Shown: positions 1 to 9,952 of the stretch, one piece after another
How the letters are laid out: every line of letters starts with the position of its first letter
How positions within the stretch are numbered: position 1 is the stretch's first letter
Virus record (IMG/VR): IMGVR_UViG_3300025715_000009
Coordinates: 256,001 to 320,000 of that record
Reading direction: 5' to 3' (one strand)
Source: a virus
Lineage: Duplodnaviria; Caudoviricetes
Length of the DNA: 64,000 nt
Notes under the pieces: model-generated
Seen by the model: the letters and a program-made list of their open reading frames with translations, nothing else
Told to the model about the DNA's origin: nothing
Databases searched by the model: none
Translations under genes and position numbers: made by a program

Positions 1-1168
1 CTCTCTTTTTATCTATAAAATATTTATATGATAAACCATCATTATGAACTACACTTGAACTTAATGGTTCTATAAGAGCGGTTTGATCATTAAAAACATA
101 TTTTTCTTGTCCTGCTTTCCAAAATAATACTGGTCCTCTTGCAAAATTCTTTACTCCGGCTACCTCTTTAAGCCATTGTTCAAAAAAAGTTAAACTATCT
201 TTATTAAATATTTTAGAATCTGGGTCTGGATCTACATGCCAATCGTATTCTATTATTGTCCAAACTTCTCCATCATCATTTTTTTTATACCAAGCGTTTT
301 GTCTTCTATATGTTAGAATCATACCTTTATCTTTAAGAAGTTTTTCATCTTCTTCTGTAATTTGCACTTTAGCCAGCATCAAATTCATCCATGTTATCAA
401 TGGCATAGTAAATTCAATTGGTTCTATATCATGATCTCCTTGCAAAGGTCTTGCTTTATATCCAGTTGATTTACAGTTAATTATTATTTTTTTCTTGGCT
501 AATTGTTTTGCAAAAGAGAATGTCTGATGGTCTGGTATTATATTATCTGTTCTACTTGTTCTATTAAAAATAGCAGAACGTGCAACATAGTTAATTACAT
601 CAATAGCAGTTGGTGGTTGATTGTTGTTCTTTGTTAATAACACTTGCCAAAATTTTTCTGGGTCAGAATTTATTATATCATTCCAATCAAAACATAAAAC
701 ATCATCAAATACAAATTCTGAATATGGAACAAATGTTCCAGATATAGACACGGCACCATCTTCTTCTATATCAAATTTTACTGATGTTAATTTTGCAGTT
801 AGAGTATCTTTATGAATTGCACCTTGTTCTCTTATTGGTTTTAATCCAGTCCACCCAAATGATATTTTCATATCTGGTCCTGGTGAGTGTGCAATATCAT
901 TTCCAATTCTTCCTATATCTGCAAATCTATTTGGCCAAACACCAGATAAATCTTTAATTGAAAAAGAACCTTCACGACCTTGAGGAGCAACACCTTTTAT
1001 ATTCATTTGAGTAATTAATGCTGTGCCATCTGCAGTAAACTTTCCATCTTTTGCATAAAATCCAGTTTCAGATTGATTTGTGCTAATTTTATAATAAGTA
1101 AAACGAGGTGGTCCAAGACAAATTTCTACCCATGGTCGAGATGTATTTACTATAGCATTTTCTATCAT
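1..1168 (-). CDS. hypothetical protein running off the window start (possibly structural)
   Basis: ATG at 1168 overlaps the upstream TAA; frame MIENAIVNTSRPWVEICLGPPRF... read manually over its 5' part only. Confidence 0.7.
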   Translation of the reverse strand, partial: MIENAIVNTSRPWVEICLGPPRFTYYKISTNQSETGFYAKDGKFTADGTALITQMNIKGVAPQGREGSFSIKDLSGVWPNRFADIGRIGNDIAHSPGPDMKISFGWTGLKPIREQGAIHKDTLTAKLTSVKFDIEEDGAVSISGTFVPYSEFVFDDVLCFDWNDIINSDPEKFWQVLLTKNNNQPPTAIDVINYVARSAIFNRTSRTDNIIPDHQTFSFAKQLAKKKIIINCKSTGYKARPLQGDHDIEPIEFTMPLITWMNLMLAKVQITEEDEKLLKDKGMILTYRRQNAWYKKNDDGEVWTIIEYDWHVDPDPDSKIFNKDSLTFFEQWLKEVAGVKNFARGPVLFWKAGQEKYVFNDQTALIEPLSSSVVHNDGLSYKYFIDKKR

Positions 1169-1776
1169 TAAGGATTCTCCGGTGGTCTATATTGTATAGA
1201 TATACCTTTCTGATTTTGATAGGGTTTTTGCGAATTTTGTCTATATTGTATTTGTATCGTTTGTGCTCTTATTTTTTCTGCTGTTTCTTCATTATAAGGA
1301 ACTTTATTGAATGAAAAAATCTTTGGTCTTATAGCGGCATTAAGTTGTCTTACCCATTGTTCTCTTAATGCTGCCATAGTATTTACTGGTTCTTGAATTT
1401 GACTTAATCCTTCAGATACTTTTACACCTCTTAACATTGATGTAAAATATTTTCTATATGCTGTTTTTGGTATCATTGGATAGCGTGTTTTTAAAACTTG
1501 ATAAATTGTATTAGAAGTAAGGACAACGTTAGCATGTCTTGAATTACGTATAAAATTAATTAATTGTGATGCAAATCCACCTAAATAATGAACATTTATT
1601 CCAACAGTATAAAAGGCATCAGACCCAATTATAAACAACAATGGTCGTGGGTCATGATGCCAGTTTCTATATGTGCAAGCGTATACTCTGCCTATTCCAA
1701 ATGGAACTACATTAGAGTTTGGTCCATAGTTTTTTCGTAATACTTGAGCAAGTCTTGCAAATAATTCATTAGCCAT
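1168..1776 (-). CDS. T4 gp2-like DNA end protector protein
   Basis: D-P-x-P-L-L-F...GINVHYL...P...YRKY pattern resembles the gp2 family. Confidence 0.55.
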   Translation of the reverse strand: MANELFARLAQVLRKNYGPNSNVVPFGIGRVYACTYRNWHHDPRPLLFIIGSDAFYTVGINVHYLGGFASQLINFIRNSRHANVVLTSNTIYQVLKTRYPMIPKTAYRKYFTSMLRGVKVSEGLSQIQEPVNTMAALREQWVRQLNAAIRPKIFSFNKVPYNEETAEKIRAQTIQIQYRQNSQKPYQNQKGISIQYRPPENP

Positions 1777-1989
1777 TTATTTTTTAAGTTTGAATTTTGG
1801 ATTCTCACCTTTTTCTAATTCTGTTTTTAGTTTTTTATTAAGTTTTCCAAGTTCTGATTGGTCTAATTTTGCAATTGCATCATCGAATTCTTTGCCACCG
1901 TTTGGATTCTCTGTGTCTCCAGTATAATAATCTTTGGGATATTCTTGAACTGGAATTTTATTATAATCTGTTGTCTTTCCTTCTGCCAT
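1777..1989 (-). CDS. hypothetical protein
   Basis: ORF with SD (GGAG), abutting neighbours. Confidence 0.7.
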   Translation of the reverse strand: MAEGKTTDYNKIPVQEYPKDYYTGDTENPNGGKEFDDAIAKLDQSELGKLNKKLKTELEKGENPKFKLKK

Positions 1990-1991
1990 AG

Positions 1992-2252
1992 TTATTCTCC
2001 TGTTTGTGTAAAATTATATCTAAATATTTTTTCTATTAATAATCTTTCTGGATTATCGTATATAGTTGGCATAAATATATCCAAACTACTTGTTTGCATT
2101 TTATCCCAATATATTTGTTTTTTAATTTCTCTTGTTATTAAAAGACGAATATCATATATCTGTCCATTTTTGGATATTGTATCACACCACAAAATAGTAG
2201 CATCATGCATAGTATTATATTTTAATGTATAGATGCTTTTTTCTTTAATCAT
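1992..2252 (-). CDS. small hypothetical protein (terminal LIEKIF motif family)
   Basis: ORF coupled to upstream gene. Confidence 0.7.
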   Translation of the reverse strand: MIKEKSIYTLKYNTMHDATILWCDTISKNGQIYDIRLLITREIKKQIYWDKMQTSSLDIFMPTIYDNPERLLIEKIFRYNFTQTGE

Positions 2253-2973
2253 GTTTTTCTAAATAAATATCATTGACAAACATATCAGAGTAGAATTCAT
2301 CTCTCTTAGACCATTTTTTAAACAAGAAAATAATTATTCTTGCAAAAAAGTTTGCTTTAGCACCTTGTAATTCAGGAGAATAAATATTTCTTAATTCACG
2401 AGAATATAATTTACCTTTATAATATGTTCCAATATACTCTAATTTTTTAGACCTGGCTATATCAGCAGGAGCAATGATTGCTTCTTGGCCAATCTTTATA
2501 TTAATCAAATCTTTTCCAGCATCTTTATAAGATAAAGCCACCATCTCTGAACAGTTATGCATTCTATCTAATGACAATTTTTTTATTCTTTTTGAACTCA
2601 AGAATGGAAAAATGAATCCTTGTTCGTATGAATAAGCGTGTCCAATTTTATTTTTTGCTGCTTCAAGTATTTTGGATTGTGTCTCAGTATCAATTTTACT
2701 TAATCTGAAAATATCTAATGCTTCTGTTTGTGGAAAATTTTCATATGTTGTTCCAAATGCACCAGCACCAATTGTCCAACCATCTTTATCATAAATAGAT
2801 ACATGGTTATATGCTGATGATGTAAATAATTGTATACCAGCACATAATATTTTGCTTCTCTTTCCACGATATAAAACAACATCACCTGGTTGAGCATCAT
2901 TTGTAAAATCAGACTCGAATCTCTTCCCTATTGTTTTTTTTACTAAAAACGTAAATAATTTCATTATTGCCAT
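2245..2973 (-). CDS. permuted papain-like amidase (YiiX/YebB, permuted NlpC/P60)
   Basis: QPGDVVL, YNHVSIY (His), GHAYS, HNCSEMV (Cys) in permuted order. Confidence 0.8.
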   Translation of the reverse strand: MAIMKLFTFLVKKTIGKRFESDFTNDAQPGDVVLYRGKRSKILCAGIQLFTSSAYNHVSIYDKDGWTIGAGAFGTTYENFPQTEALDIFRLSKIDTETQSKILEAAKNKIGHAYSYEQGFIFPFLSSKRIKKLSLDRMHNCSEMVALSYKDAGKDLINIKIGQEAIIAPADIARSKKLEYIGTYYKGKLYSRELRNIYSPELQGAKANFFARIIIFLFKKWSKRDEFYSDMFVNDIYLEKHD

Positions 2974-3063
2974 AGCCCCTCCTAAGATTTTTTAATTCTT
3001 TCAGTTTCTATCTGAATTAAAGTATCAATACTCTCTGCCATAGTTTCTATTGTTGTACCTATA

Positions 3064-3546
3064 TCATCCAACTTTTTCAATAATTTCTCGTTTTGTTTCA
3101 TTAATTTCGCCAACGCTTGAATTATCAATTTTTCTGTCTCTTTCATTTTTACCTCGTTCTAAATATTTTTGCATTCTTTTTTTCTTGGCTTCCATAATTA
3201 TTACTAATTCTGCTCTTCTTACATCTGCTCTTGAACCACCTTCTTGCAATATTTTTAATCCAATAGATTCTAATTTTCTATGGCAAGAATCACAAACTGA
3301 TACTAAATTAGATAAAGAATTATCTTTGCTCACTTTTACTGGGATAAGATGATGTGCTGCTAATTTACCTCTTTTACCACATAATACACATCTGTATCCA
3401 TCACGTTGATATACTTTCCTACGTATATCATCCCAACATTCTGTATAATACTTCTTTTTTATTTTGCTATCTACTATTTGCTGTGCTTTTGTTTTCTTTA
3501 CATTTGGTCTGAAATGCTTTTTGTATTTGAATATATTTTTATCCAG
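3064..3546 (-). CDS. HNH endonuclease, probable CTG start
   Basis: Frame extends 71 codons upstream of the tracked start: RDGYRCVLCG...HHLIP...NLVSVCDSCH; GGAGGT 5 nt before CTG at 3546. Confidence 0.8.
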   Translation of the reverse strand: MDKNIFKYKKHFRPNVKKTKAQQIVDSKIKKKYYTECWDDIRRKVYQRDGYRCVLCGKRGKLAAHHLIPVKVSKDNSLSNLVSVCDSCHRKLESIGLKILQEGGSRADVRRAELVIIMEAKKKRMQKYLERGKNERDRKIDNSSVGEINETKREIIEKVG

Positions 3547-3607
3547 AAAACACCTCCAGTAAGTATATTATTATCTTATGAGTTTAATAAAGTTTAATGT
3601 TGTTTAA

Positions 3608-4396
3608 TTATAATCTTTTAAGGTATCTATCCAGATTCTTTACATCTTTCATATTAGATGCTTTTTTCTGAAGAGATTTTAATTGAGGTGGAGAAAATTC
3701 TTTTTTATATTTCCATAACATATAAGCAGCAAGTGATGCTAATATTACAGAGAACTTAAGTGTTGCTTTAAAAGAATAATCTTTAAATGAAAAAGAGAAA
3801 TCAAATAAATCAGTTGCAAATTTTTGTATAAAACCAAATTCAGAATGTTGTAGTTTATTTGGTTTTAGTGCCTCTTTAAATTTTTTGGCTAAAAAATTAC
3901 CTAAATCTATTTGTGATGAGTTAGCATATACGTTTAACGGGAGGAGTGCTCTTGTTTTATAAACAAGAGATATGGGCGGAGAGAACTTTTGTTTAACAGA
4001 AGAAAAATTATCTTTTATCCATTTTTCTGCATCAAATACATATTGCATTTTTTGTTTATCAATATGTTTTAATGTATAATATTTTTCTTCTCCTGGTCTT
4101 GAACGAGATGAAATAAATTCTTTATAAAAGTTTTCTAATTGTTGTTGGGTTGCTTCTCTTTTATTTGTTGGCATAGGAGGTCCAGGCCATTCTAATCTAT
4201 ACCACATCATCCACTCACCTTTATATTCATTAATCATAAATCTTGATGTTGTTAAAATTAATTTCTTTTGTGATTGTGGTATGATTTGAGTGTCTGGATA
4301 TGAACGATTTTGTTGTTGCGGTGGAAGAATTGCATCAACTGCTTTTGTTTGTGGAGTAATAGTAAGTTGTTGTGATAAAAGACTTGCTAAATCCAT
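3608..4396 (-). CDS. hypothetical protein
   Basis: 262 aa ORF, coupled. Confidence 0.75.
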   Translation of the reverse strand: MDLASLLSQQLTITPQTKAVDAILPPQQQNRSYPDTQIIPQSQKKLILTTSRFMINEYKGEWMMWYRLEWPGPPMPTNKREATQQQLENFYKEFISSRSRPGEEKYYTLKHIDKQKMQYVFDAEKWIKDNFSSVKQKFSPPISLVYKTRALLPLNVYANSSQIDLGNFLAKKFKEALKPNKLQHSEFGFIQKFATDLFDFSFSFKDYSFKATLKFSVILASLAAYMLWKYKKEFSPPQLKSLQKKASNMKDVKNLDRYLKRL

Positions 4397-4668
4397 TATT
4401 GTGTATCTACCTCAAACGCATTATTTTTATAATAATCACTTATTGATATTTGTTGACCAAATATAAATTTAATTACTAATTTATAAAATATTGGCTTAAT
4501 GTTTTTTAATTCTACACCTTCTACTTTGCTATATATTTTTCTAACTTGAAAATCAAATTTACCAATTAAATCATATGCCCAATACATTGACTCTGTTTTT
4601 ACTATTAAAATAGGTCTATATATATTTGATTCACCATAACCACTATGCCATATAGCAAGAATTTTCAT
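4396..4668 (-). CDS. small hypothetical protein (VIKFIF motif family)
   Basis: ORF with overlapping start/stop. Confidence 0.7.
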   Translation of the reverse strand: MKILAIWHSGYGESNIYRPILIVKTESMYWAYDLIGKFDFQVRKIYSKVEGVELKNIKPIFYKLVIKFIFGQQISISDYYKNNAFEVDTQ

Positions 4669-4928
4669 TCTTCTAAGTATCCTTGTATCTCTTCGCGAGT
4701 ATATTTACTAAGCCATTTTTTGAATGTTGCATATTCAAATTCTTCTTTTTCTTCTACTTTTATTTCTTGAATTCTTTTAATATCATCAACTATCTCAGAA
4801 ATTATCTCTTGTTTATTTTCTATTAACTCCTCTATTAAAGAATCAAAAAGCCTTTCGGCCTCACTTGAGATGTTATCTTTCCACAATTTTACGTTGATTA
4901 AATTAAAAAAATCTTCTGCATTTTTCAT
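4665..4928 (-). CDS. hypothetical acidic protein
   Basis: ORF with ATGA coupling. Confidence 0.7.
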   Translation of the reverse strand: MKNAEDFFNLINVKLWKDNISSEAERLFDSLIEELIENKQEIISEIVDDIKRIQEIKVEEKEEFEYATFKKWLSKYTREEIQGYLEE

Positions 4929-5344
4929 TCTTCTGTTTTTATACCTTGTTTAAATGATTCTCGCGACTGCACTCTTTCTCTATCCAAGTCATATAATCTC
5001 TTAAATTTATAATGACTAAATATACCGTCATTACTATAATCCTTCAAACACTCCAGAATAATTGGAAATTTACCAGTCAATGCATGAATTTCTGTAATTA
5101 AAAATGCACTGAATATTGGTAGTCCTGGTAAATTTATAATAAAGAAATCTTTTTGAAAAAAAATAGTTTTATTTTTTTCAATCAAATCATGCACTTGAAT
5201 ATATGTGCTATATTTTTTTAAATTCAAAGATGCTGGAACACTTATCTGTTCTATTTTAATATTGTGTTCTTTCTCAATTGCATCAATTACATTTTGATGT
5301 AGTTCTGCTCCAAAATTTATAAGATTAACTTGTTGCTCTGACAT
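4925..5344 (-). CDS. Csx15-like (CARF-related) protein
   Basis: LINF..EL....IE...VP...IINLPGL...AFLITEIHALTGKFPII matches my recollection of the Csx15 family pattern. Confidence 0.6.
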   Translation of the reverse strand: MSEQQVNLINFGAELHQNVIDAIEKEHNIKIEQISVPASLNLKKYSTYIQVHDLIEKNKTIFFQKDFFIINLPGLPIFSAFLITEIHALTGKFPIILECLKDYSNDGIFSHYKFKRLYDLDRERVQSRESFKQGIKTEE

Positions 5345-5424
5345 TTTTACCCCCAAAGAAAGATAAATATTCTTTGTATTATCTTATATAATTTTAGAGT
5401 AATGTTGATAATTTTAGATGAGAT

Positions 5425-6096
5425 TTAATCCATGAATTTTATGGCTATATGAAGGCGTTCTTTCTCAGAACAATATTTTAAAGCAAGCAAATTTAATTCT
5501 TCTTCAGAAATATTTTTTAATTTTTCTTTTTCTTCTATATTATGTTTTAATATGCAATCTATTAATGCTTTATTCTTAGCATCTATATTTTTATTCTCTG
5601 AATAATTTAAACTAAATGGTCCTGAAGAATTTTTAATAATAAAACTTGAATTGATTTTATCATCAACATTTAAATCATTATTATAAAAAATGGAAATAAT
5701 ATAATTAACTATTGATTCTACTTTTGTATAATCTTTTGTTTTATAAAAACAAGTATGAAGATTTCCATTTGCCTCTGGAAAAGATTTCGACACTTCTTCA
5801 TAAACATTTATTTTTATATTTTCTTTATTTACTTTATCATGTGGTGCTAATGCAACCACCCATTCGTTTTTATAAAGAGTGATTCTACAAGTCCATGAAC
5901 ATGGTTTTTTGCCATCGTTTATTAAAGTTGATAATTCACGTAATGAACCTTTTGTATTTGGTTGCATAACAATAATTGCTAATTCACCATATCTACAAAA
6001 TGATTTTATGTTAGTATCTAAATTTTCTTTTTTAACTTCTTTTTGAGAATAATGTTTTTCTGGTTCTTGTAGGTTTTTTATTTGTTCAAATTTCAT
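5425..6096 (-). CDS. hypothetical protein
   Basis: 223 aa ORF. Confidence 0.7.
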   Translation of the reverse strand: MKFEQIKNLQEPEKHYSQKEVKKENLDTNIKSFCRYGELAIIVMQPNTKGSLRELSTLINDGKKPCSWTCRITLYKNEWVVALAPHDKVNKENIKINVYEEVSKSFPEANGNLHTCFYKTKDYTKVESIVNYIISIFYNNDLNVDDKINSSFIIKNSSGPFSLNYSENKNIDAKNKALIDCILKHNIEEKEKLKNISEEELNLLALKYCSEKERLHIAIKFMD

Positions 6097-6368
6097 GAAT
6101 AAAACATCACTTTCTTTTCAAACATATTTTTAATTAAATGTCTTGGATTATCACTTTCATTAAGGGTTTTTAAGATTTCAATACCAATGGGCATTTCACC
6201 ATTAATGAGATTTGTGCGATTTAACATAAAACCTATTTTTTCTCCGTTTTCATTAAAACTAAAATAATGACCAGAAAAATTATTATTATCTTTAATAAAA
6301 AAATATTGGTATACACTACCTGTAATACGAGCATACAATGTATTTGATTTTATATCTTGTATTGTCAT
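6093..6368 (-). CDS. small hypothetical protein (HLIKNMF motif family)
   Basis: ORF; AAGATAA motif immediately upstream. Confidence 0.7.
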   Translation of the reverse strand: MTIQDIKSNTLYARITGSVYQYFFIKDNNNFSGHYFSFNENGEKIGFMLNRTNLINGEMPIGIEILKTLNESDNPRHLIKNMFEKKVMFYS

Positions 6369-6380
6369 ATTATTATCTTG

Positions 6381-7073
6381 TTAAATTTTTGTTATTTTAT
6401 ATTTATGCCCAGAAATATCTCTTACTATAACTGGCAAATCACTTTCTTCTATCATATTATTTTTCTCTAATCTATATAATTTTGGATATTTAATATCAAA
6501 CTTTTGTGCAAATTGAACAACTCTTTCTAAACTCTCTTCTTTAAATCTTTCATGGTCAAATAAACTTTCAAGATATAAACCTTTATTTTCACCACTTTCT
6601 ATCAATTTCAAAGTATAAGTATAACAATATTCCCCAGACATCACATTTTTTATAATCTTGGATACTATATCTTCATATGGTGATTTAATTTTTTTAGGTG
6701 AAGAAAAACGCCATTTGTCTATTGCGGGGTCCCAAAACATATAAATGGTTTGACCATCATCTAATGGTTCAATAAATATTGTTGTTTCATCAAATATAAA
6801 ATCCTTATCTTGCTTTAATTCTGTTAGAGATATGTCTTGTGTTTGCCATCCTGGAAAAGATACAAGATATGGTGGATGAAATATTATTCCATTACATACA
6901 TCAGTTAATTCTGATATATGACCTCTTGGGTCTGATTTTAAAAAATATGAACCATCTTCTTCAACTACAGTAATTCCCTTTTCATGGAACCATTTTAGTT
7001 TTTCTTCAAAAGAAAGATTAGACATTAATTTATTTCTTATTAATGTCATTAATGCTTTGGGATTTTTTATCAT
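6381..7073 (-). CDS. degenerate RNA ligase 1-like protein
   Basis: CNGIIF..SFP..EPLDDG..IYMFWD..WRFSS resembles the Rnl1 N-domain but lacks the motif I lysine. Confidence 0.45.
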   Translation of the reverse strand: MIKNPKALMTLIRNKLMSNLSFEEKLKWFHEKGITVVEEDGSYFLKSDPRGHISELTDVCNGIIFHPPYLVSFPGWQTQDISLTELKQDKDFIFDETTIFIEPLDDGQTIYMFWDPAIDKWRFSSPKKIKSPYEDIVSKIIKNVMSGEYCYTYTLKLIESGENKGLYLESLFDHERFKEESLERVVQFAQKFDIKYPKLYRLEKNNMIEESDLPVIVRDISGHKYKITKI

Positions 7074-7074
7074 T

Positions 7075-7314
7075 TTAATTCTCCGATATTTGTCTTATTT
7101 TATTATTTTCGTCATAAATTATTGTAATTCTATTTGGCACAAAATCTATTGCTACTACAGTTTGTGGTCCAATATATCTTACTGTTTTATATCCTAATTC
7201 TTGAATTACTTTTTGGACCATGTTTTTATCTGGCCATACTTGTAATATTTTGTAATATTTCTCTACCAATTCTGGATTTTCATTTCGTAATAATAATTTT
7301 GCTTTCTCAATCAT
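7075..7314 (-). CDS. peptidase inhibitor I78/I13-like protein
   Basis: VRYIGPQTVVAIDFVPNRITIIYDENNKI. Confidence 0.65.
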   Translation of the reverse strand: MIEKAKLLLRNENPELVEKYYKILQVWPDKNMVQKVIQELGYKTVRYIGPQTVVAIDFVPNRITIIYDENNKIRQISEN

Positions 7315-7316
7315 TT

Positions 7317-7574
7317 TTATCCCTCACGTATTGCAGAAATCATATTGTTTTCATTAAAAAAAATATTTATTCTATTATATCCATGATTTAACGGCGTAAT
7401 ATCTTCACAATGAATATATCGTATATCTTTATAACCGTATGTTTTTATTATGTTATTAATTTTCTTTTTGTTTGGCCAAGCAATTAAAATATTTGACCAT
7501 TTGTTTATTAATTCTGAGTCATAGCCAAGTAATAGTAATTTTGCTTTTATAACTGATTCTTCCATATTGGGCAA
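7317..7574 (-). CDS. peptidase inhibitor I78-like paralog
   Basis: IRYI...NRINIFFNENNMISAIREG; clear paralog of 7075-7314. Confidence 0.55.
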   Translation of the reverse strand: MPNMEESVIKAKLLLLGYDSELINKWSNILIAWPNKKKINNIIKTYGYKDIRYIHCEDITPLNHGYNRINIFFNENNMISAIREG

Positions 7575-8233
7575 TATCCTTTTTTATATTCACACCATTT
7601 ACACCCATAACTTTGTGTTGGTTCCCATTTTTTATTTGTCTCTATTTCAAAGATAATATCTTTTATTTCTTTTTCAAACAAATTAATTTGTACATCATTA
7701 AATAATATCTTATCTTCTTCATTTATTCTTGGATAGTAAATAATACACTTAATATCTTTGGGTTGACAATTCCATTTTTTACTTAATATTAAATTATATA
7801 ATTTCATTTGAAAAAGATGATTATCTCTAAAATTTGATTTAGATGTTTTATAATCTGCAAACATTTTATCCTTGATAAATAACTTATCTGCAAGACCATA
7901 AACCCAATAATCTTCTGTTTGCAATTCTAATTCTTGCTCATTAAGAGATTCATATTTAGAATATTTATTTAACCAAGAAAATAAATTTTCAATAGTTTGT
8001 GGAACAAGAGATTTAAACTCTTTATCTAAAGAAGATTTATATTTATTTACTATTTCTAATATTTGTTTATAATTCTTGCCAGTATAAAATTCTGCCACCT
8101 CATGAATCATTTGACCAAACATTGTATCAGAGGTGATTGGTTTTTCTAATTTAAGTTCTTTATTATAATATAAATCATATTTCAATTTACAAGATTTATA
8201 TGTCTTTATTCCAGATGCTGAATATCTTTTCAT
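7547..8233 (-). CDS. Cas4/AddB-like PD-(D/E)XK exonuclease
   Basis: YSAS..C, G..IHE, GLAD, DYKTS, Q..LY, CKWC..CP. Confidence 0.85.
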   Translation of the reverse strand: MKRYSASGIKTYKSCKLKYDLYYNKELKLEKPITSDTMFGQMIHEVAEFYTGKNYKQILEIVNKYKSSLDKEFKSLVPQTIENLFSWLNKYSKYESLNEQELELQTEDYWVYGLADKLFIKDKMFADYKTSKSNFRDNHLFQMKLYNLILSKKWNCQPKDIKCIIYYPRINEEDKILFNDVQINLFEKEIKDIIFEIETNKKWEPTQSYGCKWCEYKKGYCPIWKNQL

Positions 8234-8247
8234 TAGTATAAATATGC

Positions 8248-8505
8248 TTATGTGTATTGTGTATTAATTTGTTTAATGTCTATCTCAAATATAGTTTTAA
8301 TCATATCATGAAAATTATTAGATTTATAAATATGGGGCTGTTCTAACATTGCTCCTCCCCATATATCTTTGGTAAAAATTTTACCGCTTCTTAGAACAGT
8401 AAATCCTATATATCTATTGTCTTCTTTATTATAAATATATACATATCCTGCTATATGTGTTGATGAGCCTGCGTATATTATAAACAATTTATTTAAATAA
8501 TTCAT
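8248..8505 (-). CDS. small hypothetical protein (HDMIKTIF motif family)
   Basis: ORF. Confidence 0.7.
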   Translation of the reverse strand: MNYLNKLFIIYAGSSTHIAGYVYIYNKEDNRYIGFTVLRSGKIFTKDIWGGAMLEQPHIYKSNNFHDMIKTIFEIDIKQINTQYT

Positions 8506-8789
8506 CTTACTCCATAATTAAATATTATATCAAATATTGCTTCTTTTTGTTTTTTGGATAAAATTGATGGTGGAAAAATTGCATACCCAGTAGTTAAATC
8601 AAAATAAATATTTCCATACATCTTAGCACTATCAAAATCTATACATTGGGCACATAACCCAGCAACGTTTTTCGTTATTTTATAAACAAAACCATTAAAG
8701 GGATTTCCATTTTGAAAATAAAATGTAATGGCTTTATTCAATAGTGAGTAAAATTGTTCTTCTGTTTTTAATATTATATAATCACTCAA
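8502..8789 (-). CDS. small hypothetical protein (AIFDIIF motif family)
   Basis: ORF, coupled. Confidence 0.7.
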   Translation of the reverse strand: MSDYIILKTEEQFYSLLNKAITFYFQNGNPFNGFVYKITKNVAGLCAQCIDFDSAKMYGNIYFDLTTGYAIFPPSILSKKQKEAIFDIIFNYGVR

Positions 8790-9312
8790 AGCAATCCCTT
8801 ATAACTTCTCTTCTTGTTTCTCTATCTACATCTGCTACTTTACTTTCCATTTCATCTACTTCTTGCACTAATTTTCTTAATTTATATTTTAAATCATCCC
8901 AATCTCGCCAATCTTTAATCATTTCTAATTCATCTGAATAATTCTCATTAAAATCATTCCATGCTTGTTCGGAATAAAAGTCTATTTCATTTTGATAATC
9001 TTTACTGTCTTTATAATCTTCCCAGTTAGGATATTCATCTTGTACTCCATTCATGTTTTCTTCCCAAGACTCTTTAGCCATTAATTCCAAGTTTTCATAA
9101 TCATCTGCTGCCTCACCAGTCTTTAACATCTCATCAAGTTTTTCTGATACATTTTTTACAACTTGAGCAAGTTTGTTTTTATCTTTCCACTCCCAAAAAC
9201 TGAGTTCATTATCTAATAATTTAAATGCTGTATCACCAGATAATTCATAATCAATATTATGTTCAAACCTTTCATCATAATAATCAACGGCATCTTGTTT
9301 AGAATATATCAT
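8782..9312 (-). CDS. acidic hypothetical protein (VIRDCF terminus)
   Basis: ORF with SD GGAGG. Confidence 0.75.
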   Translation of the reverse strand: MIYSKQDAVDYYDERFEHNIDYELSGDTAFKLLDNELSFWEWKDKNKLAQVVKNVSEKLDEMLKTGEAADDYENLELMAKESWEENMNGVQDEYPNWEDYKDSKDYQNEIDFYSEQAWNDFNENYSDELEMIKDWRDWDDLKYKLRKLVQEVDEMESKVADVDRETRREVIRDCFE

Positions 9313-9324
9313 TTTTCCTCCATT

Positions 9325-9350
9325 ATTATCTTATAAAATATAAGATAAAT
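9325..9350. promoter_or_regulatory. back-to-back AAGATAA promoter-like motifs
   Basis: ttatctt and taagataa between divergent genes 9312(-) and 9371(+). Confidence 0.55.
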
Positions 9351-9370
9351 ATATATAAAAAGGAGTAAAT

Positions 9371-9952
9371 ATGAATATTTGTGGAATTGACCAATCTTTG
9401 ACAGATACAGGATTGACTTTTTGGTCTAATGGAGAATTTTCCTGGGCTACTATAAATACAGAAAAAACCAAAGATACAAAAAATCCATCGATTGATTATA
9501 CAAGAAGATTAATTCAAATTGCTGACAATGTTGAAAAAATGATTAGTGAAAAAAATATTGATTTAATAGCAATCGAAGGGATGAGTTTTTCAAGCACCGG
9601 AGCAGTGGTTTTTGATTTAGGTGGTCTTTCACATATTTTAAGAGCAAGATTTATTTCATTAGGTAAAAAATTTATTGTCATCCCACCAACTACTTTAAAA
9701 AAATATTGGTTTGGTAAAGGTAATGCAAATAAAGACGAGATGTTGCAAGCCACAATAGATAGAGGGTATAATATTCCAATGTTAAAAAATTATGGAACAA
9801 AAAAACAGCCAATTATGAAAATGAATGATAACGTTGTTGACTCGATGGCACTTTGTATATTCGCTAAAGATATGGTTGAAGGTAAATTAAGTGAAGATTT
9901 TTTAAAGAATATTGAGAAAAGTGAAGAGGTGTTTATTATAGAGGATTTATGA
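9371..9952 (+). CDS. RuvC-like Holliday junction resolvase
   Basis: GIDQSLTDTG, IAIEG, PTTLKK..GKGNANK, DNVVDS. Confidence 0.85.
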   Translation: MNICGIDQSLTDTGLTFWSNGEFSWATINTEKTKDTKNPSIDYTRRLIQIADNVEKMISEKNIDLIAIEGMSFSSTGAVVFDLGGLSHILRARFISLGKKFIVIPPTTLKKYWFGKGNANKDEMLQATIDRGYNIPMLKNYGTKKQPIMKMNDNVVDSMALCIFAKDMVEGKLSEDFLKNIEKSEEVFIIEDL

